From NCBI GenBank assembly GCA_038087875.1, contig CM075989.1, positions 1,488,001-1,552,000 on the forward strand: a stretch of DNA of 64,000 nt, written 5' to 3'. This DNA is from Malacoraja senta (Eukaryota). Both the position numbers and the translations under genes were made by a program. The notes under the pieces were generated by a model. The model did no database searches, had not been told where the DNA came from, and worked only from the letters and a program-made list of their open reading frames with translations. This document shows, piece after piece, positions 36,327 through 48,939 of the stretch. The stretch's first letter is position 1. Every line of letters begins with the position of its first letter.

Positions 36327-36750
36327 ACAATGGTGCAGCAGTAGAGTTGCTGCCTTACAGCGCTTGCAATGCCAGAGATCCGGATTCGATCCCGACTACC
36401 GGTGTCGTCTATACGGAGTTCGTACGTTCTTCCCGTGACTGCGTGGGTTTTCTCCGAGATCTTCGGTTTCCTCCCACACTCCAAAGACGTACAGGTTTGC
36501 AGTTTAATTGGCTTGGTATAAATGTAAAATAGTCCCTAGTGTGTGTAGGATAGTGTTCTTCTTCTTGCAAATGAAACATAAACCAAAGGAATAGTTAGAT
36601 CTCAAGCCGGGTATTGAGCAGCCAGGTTGTTGTTTCTGCATCAATGTTAATGTGTTACTGTTAGGATAGTGTTAATGTGCGGGGATTGCTTGTCGGTGCG
36701 GACTCGGTGGGCCAAAGGGATTGTCTCTACGCTGTATCTCTGAATTAAAA
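36327..36750 (+). mobile_element. HE1-like SINE with internal insertion
   Basis: Family core; TAGGATAGTGTT occurs twice around about 100 bp of unrelated sequence. Confidence 0.7.
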
Positions 36751-37814
36751 TAAAACACTCTTGACTCTTAACTTGAATGACAACAAAGCAAAAGGAGGCT
36801 GTCATAAAAGGATATGTAATAACTGCAGCTGTTTCTGAGAGATAGTCAGCTTGATGTGTAACGAAAATATGATTTTCTCTTTCTCGCTCCAGTTTGGATC
36901 CTGTATGACCAAGGATTGCAAACTTGTGTCATCCGCAGCCTGTTTAGTGGCTGAAGGGATAAGAACAAGAATCTGGAGAAAACACATGTGGTCACGGGGA
37001 GAAGGTATAAACTCCGTACAGACAGTGCCCGTAGTCAGGATCGGACCCAGGTCTCTGTCGTTATAAGGCAGCAACTCTACCGCTGAGTCACTTCCTAAAC
37101 TTGAAGCAGAGTTACTGGGCGGGATGGTGCTGGACTGACTCCATCCAGAATGATCATTCACAGACAGTCCTGCCTGCATATGTGCCGTTGCTAAAACTTT
37201 ATCCTTTGCCTCTCCAGGCCTTGAAGACTTGAAGGGAGGTCATCCCAGCCCCATCTCGGACTGATCCTGACACCCGTTGGCAGTGGGCTAGGCTGGGGGT
37301 CCTGGGGTTTATCAATGGGAAAAGCTACCAGAGAATTTAATGAGATACGATACGATAAACTTTATTCATCCCTGGAGGGAAATTGGTCAGCCGACATTAA
37401 CAACACAGAAGTACATAGAGTCATAGAGTGATACAGCGTGGAAACAGGCCCTTCAGCCCAACTTGCCCACACCAACCAATATGTCCCATCTACACTAGTC
37501 CCACCTTCCTGCATTTGGGCCAAATCCCTTTAAACCTCTCATATTCATGCACCTGACTAATTGCTTCTAAAACGTTGCAATAGTTCCTGCCTCAACTAGC
37601 TCCTCTGATAGTTTGATCCATACACCCACCACCCTTTGTGTGGAAAGGTTACCCTTCAGATTCCTATTAAATATTTTTCCCTTCACCATAAACCTATGTT
37701 CTCTGGTTCTCAAGAAGTACTTAAAAAAAATAAACATATTAATAAAGGTAAGATGATTTGTACCGTAATTCCGTTCCATTTTGCCTATGAATCCATCAAT
37801 GTCCAAACCCCATT

Positions 37815-38621
37815 GAAGGCATCATCACTGGAGGCCCCATCACTGGAGGCCCCATCACTGGAGGCATCATCACTGGAGGCCCCATCACTGGAGGCATCAT
37901 CACTGGAGGCATCATCACTGGAGGCCCCATCACTGGAGGCACCATCACTGGAGGCCCCATCACTGGAGGCCCCATCACTGGAGGCCCCATCACTGGAGGC
38001 ATCATCACTGGAGGCCCCATCACTGGAGGCATCATCACTGGAGGCCCCATCACTGGAGGCATCATCACTGGGAGGCATCATCACTGGAGGCCCCATCACT
38101 GGAGGCACCATCACTGGAGGCCCCATCACTGGAGGCCCCATCACTGGAGGCCCCATCACTGGAGGCATCATCACTGGAGGCCCCATCACTGGAGGCCCCA
38201 TCACTGGAGGCCCCATCACTGGAGGCCCCATCACTGGAGGCATCATCACTGGAGGCCCCATCACTGGAGGCATCATCACTGGAGGCCCCATCACTGGAGG
38301 CCCCATCACTGGAGGCCCCATCACTGGAGGCACCATCACTGGAGGCCCCATCACTGGCCTCCAGTGATGATGGCTGGACTATGGTACCTTCCTTAACTTT
38401 GGTGCCGCTGTGGGGTTATGTTCTGTCGTGGACTTCTGTGTTTGTGCTTTTTTATTGATTTATTATTTATTTTTATGATACATGACTGTAAGGAAAATCC
38501 ATTTCGTTGTCTCTTAATGAGATAATGACAATAAATTGAATACAATACAAAAAAAAAAAAAAAAAATCACTGGAGGCATCATCACTGGAGACCCCATCAC
38601 TGGAGGCATCATCATTGGAGG
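37815..38621. repeat. 15-bp minisatellite GGAGGC(CCC/ATC/ACC)ATCACT, about 36 + 3.5 units, split by an insertion
   Basis: Directly visible; single extra G near 38071. Confidence 0.97.
38358..38566 (+). mobile_element. Poly(A)-tailed 5'-truncated retro-insertion with Rex1-like tail
   Basis: ATTTCGTTGTCTC..GAGATAATGACAATAAA..AATACAATAC followed by poly(A). Confidence 0.7.
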
Positions 38622-38670
38622 CTACTCTGAGTGCAAGGGTGGAACAAGCTATTGTTTTTTGTTTTTAAAA

Positions 38671-38891
38671 AAGACACAAATTGCTGGAGTATCTCAGCAG
38701 GTTAGGCAGCATCCCTGGGGAACATGGATAGTTGCGTTTTGGGTCAGGACCCTTCAACAATCTGAAGAAGGGTCCCACCCAAAACGACACCTATCCATGT
38801 TCTCCAGAGATGCTGCCTGGCTCGCTGAGTTACTCCAGCATTTTGTGTCTATCTTCGGTGTAAACCAGCATCTGCAGTTCCTTTCTACACA
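38671..38891. mobile_element. Palindromic Penelope-derived unit pair
   Basis: Arms AGACACAAATTGCTGGAG.. and ..CTCCAGCATTTTGTGTCT inverted around CCCTTC..TCTGAAGAAGGG. Confidence 0.75.
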
Positions 38892-39604
38892 TTTGGAGTT
38901 CCTTGTTTCTACATATTGGTTCAGAGTCCCTGGTTTACATGAAAGTCTGGGATTGACAACTGTTTAACTAGTTGCTGGCAGATATTTCGCTGATTAGTGC
39001 ACTGCCACTCGGATGCGGGAGGGTCACATCTGTGCTTTGTACTGTGTACCTGGTGTAGTGTGGTCCCGTGACGTTGCACTTAGTCCTCCGAGATACAACC
39101 AAATTGCGGTTTTGGTCAAATGGGAGCAGTTATGACAAATGGTTACTGAGTACACGGTGACTTCTGATTGCCAGCGTTTTCCAGCGCAGGGGCTGCCTTC
39201 AATGTATTTGTTAGGTACCCATTTGTAAGATCATAGAAATAGATGTAATAGATTTTATAAATTTAAAACTGCATTAGAAAGAGTTGATGAAGAAAGGCTG
39301 CGAGTCAGCTGCCATGGCAACGATTCGGCAGGCTTGTCAGCTACAGTCCCTGATGGACGTCCTTGGCTTTGTTGATGCTGAATTTCATTAGTTTATAATT
39401 CATGGTTGCAACATTGAGGGCAACAGAGGCAGACTTGTCAAAGGCTCCCTTCTGTAGGTGTTCCTGAACGCTACGCTGCTGGAGATGAAGTGAGCACAGA
39501 AATATTTCAGCATGGTTAAGGATCATTCCAGCCATCAAGTTCATATCTAATGGAAGGCTTAACTTGGTGAATTGCAAAGCCATGAACTCTAATCACAGAA
39601 GAAG

Positions 39605-39697
39605 ATTCAGAAGAAGTGTCTCGACCCGAAACGTCACCTATTCCTTCTCTCCAGGGATGCGATCTGACCCACTGAGTTACTCCAGCATTTTGTGTCC
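39605..39697 (+). mobile_element. Penelope-derived unit
   Basis: CAGAAGAAGTGTCTCGACCCGAAACGTCACC..CTGAGTTACTCCAGCATTTTGTGTC. Confidence 0.7.
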
Positions 39698-39954
39698 AAG
39701 TTTAATCACAGCAGAGTGCAATGCCAATTTCCCTCGACCTCACCTCATATTACTTCTTTCAACAACCCCACCTCCATCAATCTTTCAATTCCCACTTCCC
39801 GCCGTGCCGCGCCGTCTCTATGCCAGCAGGAAGCCCCCAAAGGCGCGGTGGACGTCCAAACCCGTACGGACTTCGTTCCGCTCTGTCTGAAGGCTGGACG
39901 GGTAGAGGAGACCGAATGGGGACGGAGGTGGCCGAACATGCATGGGAGATGTAG

Positions 39955-40689
39955 AATGGCGGCACATCGCGGCAGCGGCATCTGCAGTCAATCTGTCTTT
40001 TTTTAATTTTTGTCCCGCTGAGTGTACAGTTTGTTGTGATTTATATATTGTTTTTAGCAGTGTATATGTGGGGGGGTAGGTGGGGGAAACTTTTAAATCT
40101 CTTCCCTGTACGGGGGACCCGAACATTTCCCTGTCGGGTCTCCGTTGTCGTTGGGGCCTAGCACCGTGGAGCGGCCTCCAACCGGAATCGACCTGGGGCT
40201 CCAGTTGCAGAGCCTGCGGACTCAGCATCATGGAGCTGACCAACTTCGGAGCATGGAGAGCTGTGGTGGCGCGCGGCTGCGATCCGACTCCAGAGCTTCG
40301 GAGGCTCCGGCCGCAGGCCCGGTGGACGGTGACATCGGGAGCACGCGGGTCCCTGGTGGGAGACCGCTTTTCGGAGCTCCTGCAACGGCAACTTCTCCCG
40401 CCCGAATTGCGGGGCCTTACATCGCCCAGCGCGGCTTTATCGGCCGCGGGACTTGCCATCTCCCGCTGGGGGCTCCAACATCGGGAGAAGAATGGAGAGC
40501 AGGGGAGAGACAAGACTTTGCCTTCCATCACTGTGAGGAGGAGATTCACTGTGATGGATGTTTGTGTGAACTGTGTTGGTTGTGTGTCTTGGTAATTATT
40601 TCTTTTTGTTGTATGACGGCAGAAACCAAATTTTGTTTGAACTTCATTTGAGGTTCAAATGACAATAAACGGTATTGTATTGTATTGTA
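39955..40689 (+). mobile_element. CpG-rich SINE-like element
   Basis: Starts AATGGCGG; TGCCTTCCATCACTGTG box; hairpin TTTGAAC..GTTCAAA, TGACAATAAA and (GTATT)n tail. Confidence 0.6.
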
Positions 40690-41078
40690 AACCTAGAAAC
40701 ATAGAAACGTGGAAACATAGAAACATATAAAATAGGTGTAGGAGTAGGCCATTTGGCCCTTCGAGCCAGCACTGCCATTCAATATGATTATGACTGATCA
40801 TCTAAAATCAGTACCCCGTTCCTGCTTTCTCCCCATATCCCTTGATTCCTTTAGCCCTAAGAGCTACATCTAACTCTCTCTTCTGTGGCAGAGAATTCCA
40901 CTGATTCACAACTCTCTGGCTGAAAAAGTTTCTTAAACTGTGGCCCCTGGTTCTGGACTCCCCCAACATCGGGAACATTTTTCCTGCATCAAGCCTGTCC
41001 AATCCCTCAAGAATTTTATATGATTCTATAAGATATCCTCTCATCCTTCTAAATTGCAGTGAATACAAGCCCAGTCGA
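40690..41078 (-). mobile_element. CR1 3' fragment
   Basis: RLGLYSL.FRRMRG..GIKGYGEKAGTGY and (CATAGAAA)n tail. Confidence 0.8.
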
Positions 41079-41924
41079 CCCTGTGGAGCCCCGTGGTTGG
41101 ATATAACAGTGCTGCATTGAACAGAACCGGAGGTTGCCATCTGCGAACAAAGGTGGCCCCAGAGTGGGGGGACCGCCGTGAAAGGGCAGGGGAAGGAGGG
41201 GAGGGGTGGAGAACAAAGGGGGACCTGGCGCAGGATACTTTGTAACTTTTTCAGTGCCCTTTATGTGGTGACTATTTGCATACCTTGCAAAGAATTTCAC
41301 TGTGACTTGTCACATGTGACAATAAAGTATTCAAATACAAATTAATCCTAAATCAGAATAAAACATGCCGATGCAGGAAATGAGGAATAAAAATCAGAAA
41401 CTGACGGAAGTACTTAGAGGGTGAGGATGCTTCTGTGGTGAGAGGAACAAAAGCAACATTTTCAGATCAATGACCTCTCTGATTAAACTATTTCTCTCCA
41501 CAGATACAATTTGACAGATGCTGAACATTTCCACATGTTTCTCTTTCAACTCAAAATCTACCTGAAAAATACTCACCGTTCTGATATCTGTGAATTCAGC
41601 GTTAGTCCCTGCCAGGCCATAAGGCATAAGACCATAAGACATACGACCATAAGACATACAACCATAAGACATAGGAGCATAAGGCATAGGAGCAGAATTA
41701 GGCCATTCGACCCATTGAGTCTTGTCTGACATTCCACCATTTCTCTCTCAACACTCTCCTGCCTCCTCTCTGTAACCTTTGATGCCTATACTAATCAAAA
41801 ACCTATATCCTCTTTGAAAATACCCAATGTCTTGGCCTCCAGAGCCATCTGTGGCAATGAATCACTGATTCACCACCCTCTGACAAATTAATTTGCTCCT
41901 CCTCTACATCCTTGTATTCAGAGG

Positions 41925-43345
41925 CTAGTCCCTTCCTTCTTTGTTGTTTTTTTTAGTATGTGCTAAATGCATGTTTTCAGTGTTCTTTAACTTGTTTTAT
42001 GTGGGGGTGGGGGGAAACTTTTTCTAATCTCTTACCTCGACTAAGATGCGATTTGTTTCCGTATTGTATCTCCGTCCGCGCTGCAGCCTAACATCGAGGA
42101 GTTGGCAGCCTTTGCTGGAGGCCGACTTCAAGAGCTCATCGCGGAAGCCTGCGGGACATAACAACATGGAACCGGCGATCCCTTTGCCAGGAATCGACCT
42201 CTGAGCTCCAACCGCGGGAGTCTGCGGACTTTAACATCGTGGAGATCGCGGTCTCTGGTCAGAGACCGACTTCGGGAACTCCAAACCGCAGGAGCTTTGA
42301 TCGCCCCAACAAGGAAGCTTTAATCACCACCACGAGGGAGCTGTGACCGCCAGCTGCGGAAGCTTCAATCGTCCCAATGGATAGTTCGACTGCCCCGACC
42401 GGGGCGAAAAATGAGGGAAGATTAAACTTTATTGTCTTCCATCATAATGAGGAATAATAATAATAATAATAATATCTTTTATTGTCATTGCACATATGTG
42501 CAACGAGATTTAGTATGGAACTTCCATCTGATGTCATAACTTAAATAACTAATAAAATTTAGATACCCCGAGAAACATGATTTATAAAAATAAGAACAGT
42601 AAAACAGTAAAAAGTGTAAATATGTCTGTGCCGGGTTGATGTGGTGGGGGGTGGTGCACTCAGCAGGGTCGGTTCAGAGCAGCGATAGCTCTGGGGATGA
42701 AGCTGTTCCTGAGTCTGGAGGTGTGGGCGTAGAAGGCCTTATAAAATCTGCCGGAAGGTAGGTTCGAACAGACTATTACAAGGGTGTGAGGAGTCTTTGT
42801 GGATTCTGACGGCCTTCCTGAGGCACCACAAAGGGCATCTACTTCCTGAGGCAGTAGATGCCCTCGAAGGCTGGTAGCTGTGTCACAATAATCTTCTGTG
42901 CCCTGTGGACGACCCGCTGAAGAGCTCTCCTCTCCGTCTCCGTGCAGCTGAGATACCATACAGAGATGCTATGTGTTAGTATGCTCTCTGTGGTGCAGCG
43001 GTAGAAGGTTGTCAGCAGCTGTTGGGGCAGACCAGTCTTTTTCAATGTTCTTAGGAAGAACAGTCGTTGCTGTGCCTTCTTGACCAGCGCAGCGGTGTTG
43101 GTGGACCATGTGAGGTCCTCCGAAATGTTTATGCCCAGAAACTTAAAGCTGGACACTCTCTCCACACTGTCCCCGTTGATAGAGAATGTAGGAATGTGGG
43201 GAATCCGCTGTGGTGGATGTTTATGTTAACTTTTATGTAGTTGTGTGTCTTGTTGCATTTTTAGTATGGCTGTATGGTAATTCGCACATCACTGTTTCTT
43301 AATTGGTACAGTGACAATAAAAGACATTTGAAACCTTTGAAATCT
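41925..43345 (+). mobile_element. CpG-rich SINE-like element split by a Rex1-like LINE
   Basis: Collinear with the reverse complement of 54830-55498; tail GTGACAATAAA..CTTTGAA repeats. Confidence 0.65.
42456..43189 (-). mobile_element. 5'-truncated Rex1/Babar-like LINE
   Basis: ERVSSFKFLG.ISEDLTWS..KKAQQRLFFLR..FYRCT.ESIL; tail with TTGCACATATGTGCAA palindrome, TGACAATAAA and (ATT)n; TSD AGGAAT (42450-42455, 43190-43195). Confidence 0.85.
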
Positions 43346-44685
43346 TTGGTCCTAGACCCTCTCATTAAGCAGGGACTATCGCAACATTTAAGAAACATTT
43401 AGACAGGTACATGGAAAGGACAGGTTTGGAGGGATATGGGCCAAACGCAGGCAGGTGGGGCTAGTGTAGCTGGGACATGTTGGCCGGCGTGGACAATTGG
43501 GTTGATAGGCCTGGTTCCACACTGTATCACTCTATGACTCTATCCTTTCCATGCCTACTCTACCCAGATCATTCATTATTCAGTAGGTTTCAGTGAGATC
43601 CCCCCTCATTCTTCTAAACTCCAGTGACTACAGGCCCAGAGCCATCAAACATTTTTCACATAGAAACATAGAAACATAGAAAATAGGTGCAGTAGGCCAT
43701 TCGGCCCTTCGAGCCTGCACCGCCATTCAATATGATCATGGCTGATCATCCAACTCAGTATCCCGTACCTGCCTTCTCTCCATACCCCCTGATCCCTTTA
43801 GCCACAAGGGCCACATCTAACTCCCTCTTAAATATAGCCAATGAACTGGCCTCAACTACCTTCTGTGGCAAAGAGTTCCAGAGATTCACCACTCTCTGTG
43901 TGAAAAAGGTTTTTCTCATCTCGGTCCTACAGGATTTCCACTCTATCCTTAAGCTGTGACCCCTTGTCCTGGACTTCCCCAACATCGGGAACAATCTTCC
44001 TGCATCTAACCTGTCCAACCCCTTAATAATTTTGTAAGTTTCTATAAGATCCCCCCTCAATCTCCTAAATTCTAGCGAGTACAAGCCGAGTCTATCCAGT
44101 CTTTCTTCATATGAAAGTCCTGACATCCCAGGAATCAGTCTGGTGAACCTTCTCTGCACTCCCTCTATGGCAATAATGTCCTTCCTCAGATTTGGAGACC
44201 AAAACTGTATGCAATACTCCAGGTGTGGTCTCACCAAGACCCTGTACAACTTCAGTAGAACCTCCCTACTCCTATACTCAAATCCTTTTGCTATGAATGC
44301 TAACATACCATTCGCTTTCTTCACTGCTTGCTGCACCTGCATGCCTACTTTCAATGACTGGTGTACCATGACACCCAGGTCTCGTTGCATCTCCCCTTTT
44401 CCTAATCGGCCACCATTTAGATAATAGTCTGCTTTCCTGTTTTTGCCACCAAAGTGGATAACCTCACATTTATCCACATTATACTTCATCTGCCATGCAT
44501 TTGCCCACTCACCCAGCCTATCCAAGTCACCTTCCGGTGGCGCTATGGAGGCTTGAGCCCAGCGTCAACTAGCTCCGTGCTGAAAAATCCGAAAACGGGA
44601 GAAAAATCGGGACCTACCAGAGGCGATTGCGAATTGAACTGATGCCTGCTGCGAGTGACGTCATCAGGCGTGCGACTTTACCGGT

Positions 44686-45741
44686 ATGTCGATACAACAT
44701 ACCCCCCCCAGGGTGGCAAAAAAAGCCGGTAAAGCGAGACAACTGACGGAAGAGGTAGGCCCAACCGAGGCCTCGGCCTCAGGTACAACGATGCTCCAGG
44801 AAGACCCATCGAAGAAACCAAAGAAAAAAAAATCTGAAATGGAAGAACTTAAAAGCTTTATCTCCAATGAGATAAAAAATATTCAAACACAGCTGAAAAC
44901 CTTTGAAGGAAAGCTGAATTTTAAAGAGGAACTTAACTCTTTTAAGGTAGATTTTAAAGCAGAAATGCTCTCTACCGTTCAGGATATATTGGAAGCCTGG
45001 AAGAGGTCGAGGGACGACGAGGTCAATGATCAGATGGAAGAGGTGGAAGGCAGGATCGCTTTGGTGGAATCGAGCCTTAAGGGAGAGATTGACCCTATCC
45101 ATCAGACACTGAAGCAACATATTATAGCGATAACTGAACTTGAGAAATGTGTGGCGACAAGTGCGGAAACTGTAAATCGACTCCTTACCGAAAATCAACG
45201 CCTCTCCGAAATGGTGACTAACTTAAATGGAAAGTGTTTCGACCTGGAGGGGCGTCAAAGACGCCAGCACTTAAGAATTGTAGGTGTGAAAGAAGGAAGT
45301 GAGAGGGATATGGGCACTTGGGATTTTGTGGCAGATCTACTACAAAAAGCCTTAAAGTTGGATCAAAAACCTGTACTTGGTCGAGCACATAGAGCGCAGG
45401 GGCGTCGTACACGAGATAATGCCTACCCAAGACAAATTATAGTAAAGGTGCAATTTGATCATGAATTTGACGATATATTGAAGAAAATTGCCCGTACCAG
45501 AGACCTCTCTTTTGAAGGAGTGAGGATCAGTATCTACAGAGACTACCCGGTGGAGGTCTTCAAGAAAAGAGCGCTGTTTACTGAGACAAAAAGAATACTG
45601 AAGAATATAGCGGATTTGAGATACGGCTTGCTTTATCCCGCAACATTAAGAGTCACCTACATGAGCAAGGAGCAATTTTTTACAGACCATGAAAAAGCAC
45701 TGGAATTCGCCAAAGGCATCGGGAATGTGACCACAGAGTGA
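44686..45741 (+). CDS. L1 ORF1p (coiled coil, RRM, CTD), 351 aa, intact
   Basis: LEGRQRRQHLRIVGVKEG, RAHRA, PRQIIVK and LLYPATLRV motifs. Confidence 0.88.
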   Translation: MSIQHTPPRVAKKAGKARQLTEEVGPTEASASGTTMLQEDPSKKPKKKKSEMEELKSFISNEIKNIQTQLKTFEGKLNFKEELNSFKVDFKAEMLSTVQDILEAWKRSRDDEVNDQMEEVEGRIALVESSLKGEIDPIHQTLKQHIIAITELEKCVATSAETVNRLLTENQRLSEMVTNLNGKCFDLEGRQRRQHLRIVGVKEGSERDMGTWDFVADLLQKALKLDQKPVLGRAHRAQGRRTRDNAYPRQIIVKVQFDHEFDDILKKIARTRDLSFEGVRISIYRDYPVEVFKKRALFTETKRILKNIADLRYGLLYPATLRVTYMSKEQFFTDHEKALEFAKGIGNVTTE

Positions 45742-46930
45742 ACAATATACATCACTCCTCAGGAGTCAAGGAATAACGGGACCTCGCCAGGTCTAAAAGG
45801 ATCTTTAAAGTACTTTTAAGAGCTTTAAGCACGTTTGAAAATTGAAATGGACATTGGAGAAAACCTGGTTTTTTTTGATTCTCGGGTTTTTTTATTTTTT
45901 TTATTTCTCCTAATATCTCTAATTTTTTTTATTCATTCTTCGTGTTCAGTATAAATTCTAAGAACAATAATATCACAGTTACGATCAATTGTTACTAATC
46001 ACTATTATTATTTAGTATTTTCATGTTTAACCATACATGTAACTACTAATACTTATTAAATATCAATATTACTATTAAAATTACTAAATCTATATTATTC
46101 ATAAATATTTTTACCGTGTATGATTAATAACAATGATTAATAACTAACAGTTTCTGGTTAATGTAGAAATAGATTACATACATATATTCCATAGGAATAT
46201 AAGTAAGAGGTAATTTAGCCCATGTATTAATAAGGGTTGATGGTTTTCCTCTTTATTTTTCAATAAAAAATAAAAAATACATACTTAAAGAAGATATTAA
46301 TATGGTATTTAGAGAATAATAACGTTGTTAACTTTTATTGTTGTTTACCTTTTTTGGGTTTAAAAAAAAAATTAAGATTTTGCAACTCCCAAAGAAGTTA
46401 TTTGATTGTTAGAAATATTATCTTTTTTTTTTTTTTTAGCGCGGAGCTAGGATTTTTTTCTTTTACAAAGGCTACGGAAGTCTTTAGAATTCTAGCCATG
46501 CTAGTGTGGCTAACACTAACTACACTACTTGTAGTTGTAGTTTTTCTTCTTTCATCCTATACTAATCAACTATATCACTTTTTTCACTTTAATTATTGTT
46601 ATAATTTTAAGTTTGAATGGAACTACAAGGTTAATTCAAGGAGATGTGTTCGGAGGAGCGAAGTATGTTGTTTAAAATTCATCTATCTGAGGTTCGGGGA
46701 CAAGGTCAGGTTTTATGTGTTGTACCTTCTGCTCGGCTATAGACCACCCTAGAAACATTATGCAAGATGGTAATATGACAAGAGGGGGTGAAGGAATAAC
46801 GCTTTGTAGTTGGAATGTTAAGGGAATCAATGAACCAATTAAGAGAGGTAAAGTTTTAACACATTTAAATTCACTCAAGACAGATATAATATTCCTCCAA
46901 GAAACACACCTTAAAAAGGAATCACAATAT

Positions 46931-47162
46931 TCCACAGAGGGTAGTTGAGTAATCACTGCCACAGAGGGTAGTTGAGGCCAGTTCATTGGCTATATTTAAG
47001 AGGGAGTTAGATGTGGCCCTTGTGGCTAAAGGGATCAGGGGGTATGGAGAGAAGGCAGGTACGGGATACTGAGTTGGATGATCAGCCATGATCATATTGA
47101 ATGGCGGTGCAGGCTCGAAGGGCCGAATGGCCTACTCCTGCACCTATTTCCTATGTATCTAT
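46931..47162 (+). mobile_element. CR1 3' end inserted in L1 ORF2
   Basis: Matches 60096-60292; splits ESQY|RLKAKW; ATAT duplicated on both sides. Confidence 0.88.
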
Positions 47163-48863
47163 ATATAGACTTAAAGCTAAGTGGATTGCTGAATCGTATC
47201 ATGCCTCTTTTTCACACAAGTCCAGAGGAGTTGCAATATTAATTCGTAAAGGAATACCTTTTACACATTCATCAACAATAGCGGATATAGATGGTAGATA
47301 TATTATATTAGTTGGAGAGTTAAATGGGATTAAAGTGATTCTTCTTAATGTATATGGACCTAATTTTGATAATCCTATGTTTTTTAATAAAACATTTAAT
47401 ATAATTCCAGTATTTACAAAATATAAATTAATAATTGGAGGAGATTTCAATTGTACATTAGACTCTTATTTAGATAGATCATCAGGGCAAAAAAAGTAAA
47501 ATCTCAATCGTGTATTTTTAAATTCATTTATTAATACCGCTAATATTAAGGATGTCTGGAGAATTGAAAACCCAACTGGACGGGAATATTCATTTTACTC
47601 ACCAGTACATAAAACATACTCAAGAATAGATTATTTTTTAGTTGACTCCACGTTTATCCCATTTACTTATAACTCAAAATACCATAATATTATAATCTCA
47701 GACCACGCACCTGTAACATTTATGATTAAATTAAATGGAATGTCCGAGAAACAAACATATTGGAGATTTAACCCACAAATCTTGAACGAAAGATCATGTC
47801 AGGAATATCTTATTAAACAGATTCAAACATTTTTCGAGGCAAATGACAACCCTGACACATCTGTCTCTCTTATTTGGGAAACATTTAAAGCGTTTGTCCG
47901 AGGCGCATTAATTTCTGCCCAAGTATTTTATAACAAAGAGAACCGGATTAAACAACAAACACTGGAAAGGGAAATAAAGCAACTAGATATAGAAAATGCG
48001 AGAATGCCATCTATGTTAAAACATAATAAAATTGCTGTACTGAAATATAAACTAAACAAAATGTATTCAGAACAAGTAATAAAACTTTATCAACATACTA
48101 AACAATTACATTTTGAGTTTGGAGACAAACCACAAAAACTATTAGCACGTCAGCTACGAAAAATGGAGGGGGAAAAAATAATTCATAAAATTAGAGCAGA
48201 TACAGGAGAATTATTAAAATTGCCCTAGGATATAAACGAGAGATTTCTCCAATACTATCATAATCTTTACTCAACTAAAACGGTAGTACAACCAGAAGGA
48301 ATAGCAGATTTTTTACAAAAATGTAATTTAAAAGGTTTAGATTCAAAAGATAGAGAATTATTAGAAGCGGAGATTACGATAAAAGATATTGAAGAGTCTA
48401 TTGGATCTTTAAAAAATGGTAAAGCAGTAGGACCAGATGGTTTAGGCTCTGAATTCTATTAAAACATTTATGATTTGCTTTCTCCACGTTTACAAATGCT
48501 GTATGAACATATTTATACTCAACAGAAACTTCCAGATACCTTAAATGAATCTATAATAACACTTATTCCTAAAGCTGATAAGGATTCAGAAGATCCAGGA
48601 TCATATAGAGCAATTGCACTTTTAAATACAGATCAGAAAATACTAACCAAAATTTTAGCGCACAGATTAAGTACAGTGATGAATAAACTAATACACCCTG
48701 ACCAAACAGGTTTTATTCAGAAGCGGTATTCATATTACAATCTAAGAAGATTATTTAATATAATATATTCAAAGAGAAATATTAATGAAGATCTAGCAAT
48801 AATCTCACTCGATGCTGAAAAAGCTTTTGATCAGGTGGAATGGCCCTATTTATTTTCGGTGAT

Positions 48864-48939
48864 AATAATAATAATAACTTTATTTATAAGGCACTTTAAA
48901 CAACCACAGTTTATTTATAAAGCACTTTAAACAACCACA
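48864..48939 (-). mobile_element. Very short L2-type tail insertion in L1 RT
   Basis: Two ~31-bp copies of CTGTGGTTGTTTAAAGTGCYTTATAAATAAA plus (TTA)n; splits YLFSV|MEKLQ; GAT on both sides. Confidence 0.7.

Noticed and set aside
36860..36965. Strong splice acceptor at about 36892
   Set aside because: No matching donor or recognisable peptide follows, and the sequence runs into a SINE fragment.
37636..38367. (SLEAP)n/(GGPIT)n repeat-protein ORFs
   Set aside because: The 15-mer is stop-free in several frames on both strands, and it carries a frameshift and a TE insertion.
39955..40651. CpG island or host promoter with overlapping ORFs
   Set aside because: CpG richness lies within an interspersed element ending in a LINE-type tail; the ORFs reflect GC content.
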